Positions 58,470 through 64,000 of a stretch of DNA of 64,000 bases are shown in pieces. The notes below the pieces were generated by a model. That model was not told where the DNA came from. It ran no database searches and was given only the letters and a program-made list of their open reading frames with translations. A program made the position numbers and the translations under genes. This DNA comes from Centroscyllium fabricii (taxonomy: Eukaryota), in assembly GCA_051313645.2 (NCBI GenBank), contig JBNRSN020000020.1, positions 110,422,001 through 110,486,000 on the forward strand, written 5' to 3'. Within the stretch, counting starts at the first letter, position 1. Every line of letters begins with the position of its first letter.

Positions 58470-58905
58470 GCAGATTGAACAGGTTGGGGATCTTTTCTCT
58501 CAGAAAGAGAAGGCTGAGGGGTGACCTGATAGAGGCCTTTAAAATTCTGAAGTGGTGCAACAGGGTAGATGTAGGGAAGATGTTTCCACTTGTGGGAAAG
58601 TCCAAAACTAGGGACCATCAATATACGTTACTCACTAATAAATCCAACAGCGAATTCAGGGGAAACTTCTTTACTCAGAGAGTGGTGAGAATGTGGAACT
58701 CGCTCCCCCAGGGAGTGGTTGAGGTGAATAGCAGAGATTCATTTAAGGGGAAGCTGGATAAACACATGGAGAAAGGAATAGAAGGATCTGTTGATAGGGT
58801 GAGATGAAGAGGGTGGGAGGAGGCTCGTGTGGAGCATAAACACCGGCACAGACCAGTTGGGCCGAATGGCCTGATTCTGGGCTGTACATTCTATGTAATT
58901 CTATG
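58470..58905 (+). mobile_element. CR1 LINE 3' fragment (same family as 1884-2152)
   Basis: RLRGDLIEAFKIL...NFFTQRVVRMWNSLPQ; ATTCTATGTA tail. Confidence 0.9.
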
Positions 58906-59295
58906 CAATTAGTCCCATTGATTATAAAAACAGTTCTGGTTGCTGTTGCCTAGCCTTGTTCCCTGTGTTGGGGAGAGATGGTGTCAGGGGAGCCCATTTT
59001 ATTCTGAGCACTTTGTAAACTTATTGACCATAGATCATTGAGTTTACAATTGGGCCTGCTCTGTTTCAGTGAATGATCAGAGGATTCCGGTCGCCAGATT
59101 GCCAGCCGTGCTCGGGAGCAGTGATGTGACAGTGAATTCCTCCCGCTGTGCAGCAGCATATTCTAAAGTGGAGGGATACAGAGAGAAGAGGGGTGTAATT
59201 CGAGCCAAAATAACAACAGAAAACGCTGGAGAAACTCAGCAGGCCAGGCAGCATCAGTGGAGAGAGAAACAGAGTTAACGTTTCAGGTCGATGAC

Positions 59296-62200
59296 TGTAA
59301 TGATATCAGCAAACAGTGATCATGTTTGCCTGTTTGATTATCTATGCCTTACAAGCAGAGGGATCATAGTTGCCTGTTTGATTCTCTATGCCTGACCAGC
59401 AGAGGGCATGTGACAAGAAGAAAGTTGTTTAGTTGGAGTGTTAGATTGATCTCCAAGATGGAGTCTCCCTGTAAAGAGCCTCATGTAAAGCTGTAAGTTA
59501 CTTTAACATACTTTAGATTAAACAACATTCTCCTTCATGAATGTGTCGTCATTGAACCCACATAGAAAACAATACATGGTGTCAGAAGTGATTGAAGGAA
59601 ATGAAGAGGAAAAAATCTGAAGTTAGCAACTAGTCGTGGCAAGTGAGCTAACCAGCGAAATCAGCTCTCCACATATTAGCAAGCCAAAAGAGGACATCGT
59701 TACTTACCATTGGAGAATAGCTAACAAAGTGAAAAATGGAAAGGTTACACCCACCGGCGAAACTTCAGTTGACAGATAATGTGGCTAAAAATTGGAACAG
59801 ATTCAAACAACGTTTTGAGTTGTATTTAGCGGCAATCGGAGCTGACGAGAAAAGTGATAAAATGAAAGCATCAGTGTTCTTACATGCCGTGGGTGATGAC
59901 GCGCTGGAGGTGTATAATAACCTCACATTCGCTGCTAATGGGGACAAAATGAAGTTGGATAAAATAATGGAACAGTTTGAGGCATACTGCATACCTAAAT
60001 GTAATGTGACGTTTGAGAGGCACAGATTTTTCACATGTGTACAGAAAACGGGAGAAATTATTGATCAGTATGTGACTGAACTGAGAAACAGAAGAAAAAC
60101 GTGTGAATTTGGTGGACTGACAGACTCGCTGATAAAAGACAGACTTGTGTGTGGTATTCCAGATAATAGTCTGAGGGAACGACTGCTAAGAGAGCAAAAT
60201 CTAGACCTGGGAAAAGCCATAGCACGCTGTAGCGCTACAGAGACTGTGAAGTCGCAGGCAAAATAGCTGTTCAGTGATAGTACCTGCAGCGTGGATGCAG
60301 TGAGAAAGAATGGACACAAACCATTTAACAAAAAGAGCGCCAATGTGAAAAAAGAGGCGTGGCCAGTGAACAAAAATGGAAGGGGCAATCGAAAGCCATG
60401 TAGTCGATGTGGTACACAACACCTACCAGCATATGGTAAAACATGCAATATTTGCAACAAAAACAACCATTATGCCCCTTTGCTGTAAGAACTAAGCGCA
60501 CCAAAGCAAGGTCCATGCAGTAGATGAAAGGGAGATAGAGGAGTTCTATGTGGACATTGTGTCTGAAAACAAAAAAGAAAAAATAGACTGGATGTTGACA
60601 TTAAAAGTGAATGACATACACATTTCATTTAAATTGGATACTGGAGCACAAATTAATGTGATATCAGAGACTGATTTTAAGAAAATTAGACCCAAACCAA
60701 ATATACATGGAACAAAAGTGAAAGTGACAGGATACTTAGGTACTGATATACCAGTGCAAGGAAAATACATTGTCAAAGTGACACACAAGGACAGAGAGCA
60801 CATGCTAGCATTCATCGTGGTGCCAAAGGATGTGCAGGCCATACTAGGCTTAATAGCCTGTGAGAGACTGAACCTGGTAAAGAGAGTGCTCGTTGTGGAA
60901 AGCGAAGGAGAGACAGTCTATGATGAACTCATGAAAGAGTACAACGACCTATTTCAGGGTCTAGGCTGCCTTCCAGGAGAACACATGATCAGAGTAGATA
61001 AAAGTGTGCCACCGATCATACATCCATGTAGAAAAGTTCTGCTTGCTCTTCAAAAGCAACTGAAGGCAGAGTTGGACAGGATGGAAAGCCTGAACGTGAT
61101 TCAGAAGATAGATGAGCCAACTGAGTGGGTGGGTTCCCTTGTCATTGTGGACAAAAAGAATGGAAAGCTCAGAATTTGCCTGGATCCAAGAGATCTAAAC
61201 AGAGTAATAAAGAGAGAGCACTTTAAGCTTCCGACATGTGAGGAAATCATGTCACAGTTTGCAAATGCAAAGTATTTCAGCAAGTTAGATGCATCATCAG
61301 GATTTTGGCAGTTGAAACTGGATGAAGCAAGTTCAAGACTGTGCACGTTCAATAGTCCATTTGGCAGATACAGATTCCTAAGGTTACCATTTGGCATTGC
61401 CTCAGCTCCTGAAGTGTATCACAAAACTATCCATATGGTCTATGAGCACCTGGAGGGAGTTGATACCTCAATGGATGACATCATAGTATGGGGAACCACG
61501 AGAACTGAACATGACGAGAGACTGAAAAAAGTGCTGGAAGCAACAAGGAAAACAAACCTGAAGCGGAATAGAGAGAAATGCCAGCTCGGGGTGACAGAAC
61601 TGACATTTGTGGGAGATATCCTTAGCAGTGAGGGCATCAGACCAGATCCCAGAAAGGTGTCTGCCATTGGGAATATGCCAAGGCCACAATGCAAAAGGGA
61701 TGTGCAGAGGTTTAATGGAATGATCAACTACATGGGGTAAATTTATATCCAGCCTCTCAGGAAAGATGGCACCACTGAGAAGACTAACTGAAAAGAACAT
61801 AGAATGGGAGTGGAATCATGAGCATGAGAAGTCATGGAGTGAACTGAAGAAACTGCTCACAGAGGAACCAGTTCTGAGGTTTTATGACCCAGCGAGACCC
61901 ATCAAGATATCATCAGACGCATCACAGAGTGGGCTTGGTGCCGTTCTTCTGCAAAAATATGACGACTGGCAACCTATTGCATATGCATCGCGCTCAATGA
62001 CAGACGCGGAGACGCGATATGCTCAAATTGAAAAGGAGCTGCTCAGCATCACATACGCCTGTGAAAGATTTCACCAGTTTGTGTCAGGACAAGCAATCAG
62101 TGTAGAGACTGACCATAAGCCCTTGATTGCATTGTTCCAAAAGCCACTAAATGTCTGTTCGCTTAGAATACAAAGAATGATGATCAGGCTGCAACGCTAT

Positions 62201-64000
62201 ACACTGAATGTTGCGTACACTCTGGGTAAGCTAATGTACACAGCAGACACATTGTCTAGAGCTGTTGACCCAAGAGAGCCCGCAAACACCAAAATGGATG
62301 AAGACGTGAACGCCTACGTGGACATGATCACAAGTGCACTGCCCATAGCAGATGCAAAAATGGAGCTCATAAAGACTGAGAGAAACAAAGATGAAACACT
62401 GAAATGACTGAGAAAAAACATCTTGGATGGATGGCCCAACATGAAGCAAGACTGCTCACCTGACATTGCAGAGTACTGGAACTGCAGGGCGGAACTATCA
62501 GTGATCGAAGACATCATCTACAAAGGAAGTAAAATAGTTATCCCAAAGAGTCTGAGAAAAGAGATGCTAAAAACAATCCATGGAGGACATCTGGGAATCG
62601 AAAAGTGTAAGAAAAGAGCACGAGATGTGATGTACTGGCCACGAATCAACCATGATGTGACAAATGAGGTGTCAAACTGGACAATATGCCAGAAATATCA
62701 AGCAAGTAATCCTGCAGAACCACTAAAGCCACACCCAGCACCAGACAGACACTACCAGAAGTTAGGCGCTGACCTATTCGTATGTCAAGGGAAGGACTAT
62801 CTTGTAGTCACAGACTATTACTCCCTGTATCCAGAGGTTTGTAGACTGTACACCACCACTGCAGATGCTGTGATAACATGTATGAAAGCCATATTCTCCA
62901 GACATGGCGTGGCAAGCGAGGTCTTCACAGCCAATGGACCCCAAGTTTGCAATTCAAGTTTCCGACACTTTGCCAAAGAGTGGGACTTTGTCCACACAAC
63001 GTCAAGTCCTCATTTTCCACAGTCCAATGGACTAGTGAAAAAATCGGTCCAAACAGTGAAAAGACTGATGTACAAAGCAAAAGACAGTGGAACTGACTCC
63101 TACCAGAGCATGCTAGTATACCACACAACGCCGCTCGAGTGTGGTATGTCACCAGCCCAACTCCTTATGGGACGTATGCTAAGATCAAACCTACCCATCC
63201 CAGAGAACCTCCTGAAAACAAAAGAGGGGGAGAAAGTGAGGAATTTCAAAGAACAACAGAAAGTAAAGCAAAAGTACTACTTTGACAGAGGAACACAAAA
63301 CCTACCTGAAATACACACTGGTGACCAAGTAAGGCTCAAAGACAAAACAAACAGATGGACTCAGAAGGGAACTGTCCTTAGTGAAGTCCAACCAAGATCA
63401 TACACCATTCAGACAGATGAAGGTGCTGTTCTTCGAAGAAATCGTCAGGATATTCTCATGGGACCAACCACAGCAGGCAGAAAGACTGATACTGTTGAAC
63501 AACCTGATTACACAGCTGAGAAGACATCATCTGAGGCAATAACTCAGATTCAAGGACAATCAATCAGGAGATCGTCAAGACATGTGAAGCCTCCTGAGAG
63601 ACTCATAGAGCAAATTTAAGGACTCTTGTTATAGAATGAAGTAGTGTTATCTTATTCGCTCTTCAAGTCCTAGTGTATGTACATATTTCATGTGAACACA
63701 CAAAACAAGGTTAAAAAACCTTAATAATGAAAATAATAATGATAATGTAAGTTCATTAAGTGTTACAGTTAAAATTGCAGAGTAATACAAAGAAAACATG
63801 TCATTAGTTAAAAGTAAGATACTTTTATTTTAAGAAAGGGAGATGTAATGATATCAGCAAACAATGATCATGTTTGCCTGTTTGATTATCTATGGCTTAC
63901 TAGCAGAAGGATCATAATTGCCTGTTTGATTATCTATGCCTGATCAGCAGAGGGCATGTGACAGGAAGCAAGTTAGTTTAGTTGGAGTATTAGATTGATT
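59296..64000 (+). mobile_element. Decayed Ty3/Gypsy element (Mag/SURL-like); 3' LTR truncated by the window end
   Basis: 5' LTR 59296-59576; PBS TGGTGTCAGAAGTG (tRNA-Leu type); PPT AAGAAAGGGAGA; 3' LTR from 63844. Confidence 0.94.
59736..63619 (+). pseudogene. gag-pol with stops/frameshifts (~60266, ~60480, ~61740, ~62407)
   Basis: NWNRFKQRFELY, LDTGA, KLDASSGFWQ, SMDD, SSDAS, HGGH...TICQ, ADLF; second integrase Asp degenerate (FTANG). Confidence 0.9.

Noticed and set aside
57553-58807. ORFs of 141-287 aa
   Set aside because: Tandem repeats read through into a CR1 fragment.

Overview
Repeat-dominated eukaryotic genomic DNA. The CR1/L2 LINEs, HE1- and SacSINE1-like SINEs and a 67-bp satellite are typical of a cartilaginous fish (shark). 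One clear host gene is present: an intronless, secreted and probably GPI-anchored trypsin-fold protein (3172-4281) whose catalytic Ser is replaced by Thr. There are five Ty3/Gypsy LTR retrotransposons: two CsRN1-clade, two decayed Mag-like, and one young copy with a single uninterrupted 1342-aa ORF. Solo LTRs, hAT/Tigger/Harbinger-type MITEs, a Rex1-like LINE, a 5S rRNA-derived segment and many minisatellites fill the rest. The most interesting signals are: (1) the intact Gypsy at 40558-45280 has no tRNA primer-binding site but a 13-nt perfect complement of its own LTR poly(A)-signal region, plus a YLDN reverse-transcriptase motif; (2) ~200-bp palindromic Penelope-derived insertions carry minimal hammerhead ribozymes and 12-13-bp TSDs; (3) the Thr-substituted protease; (4) a tandem CCAAT/GC-box array. 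Family names come from motif recognition without database searches, and boundaries of degraded LINE/SINE fragments are approximate.
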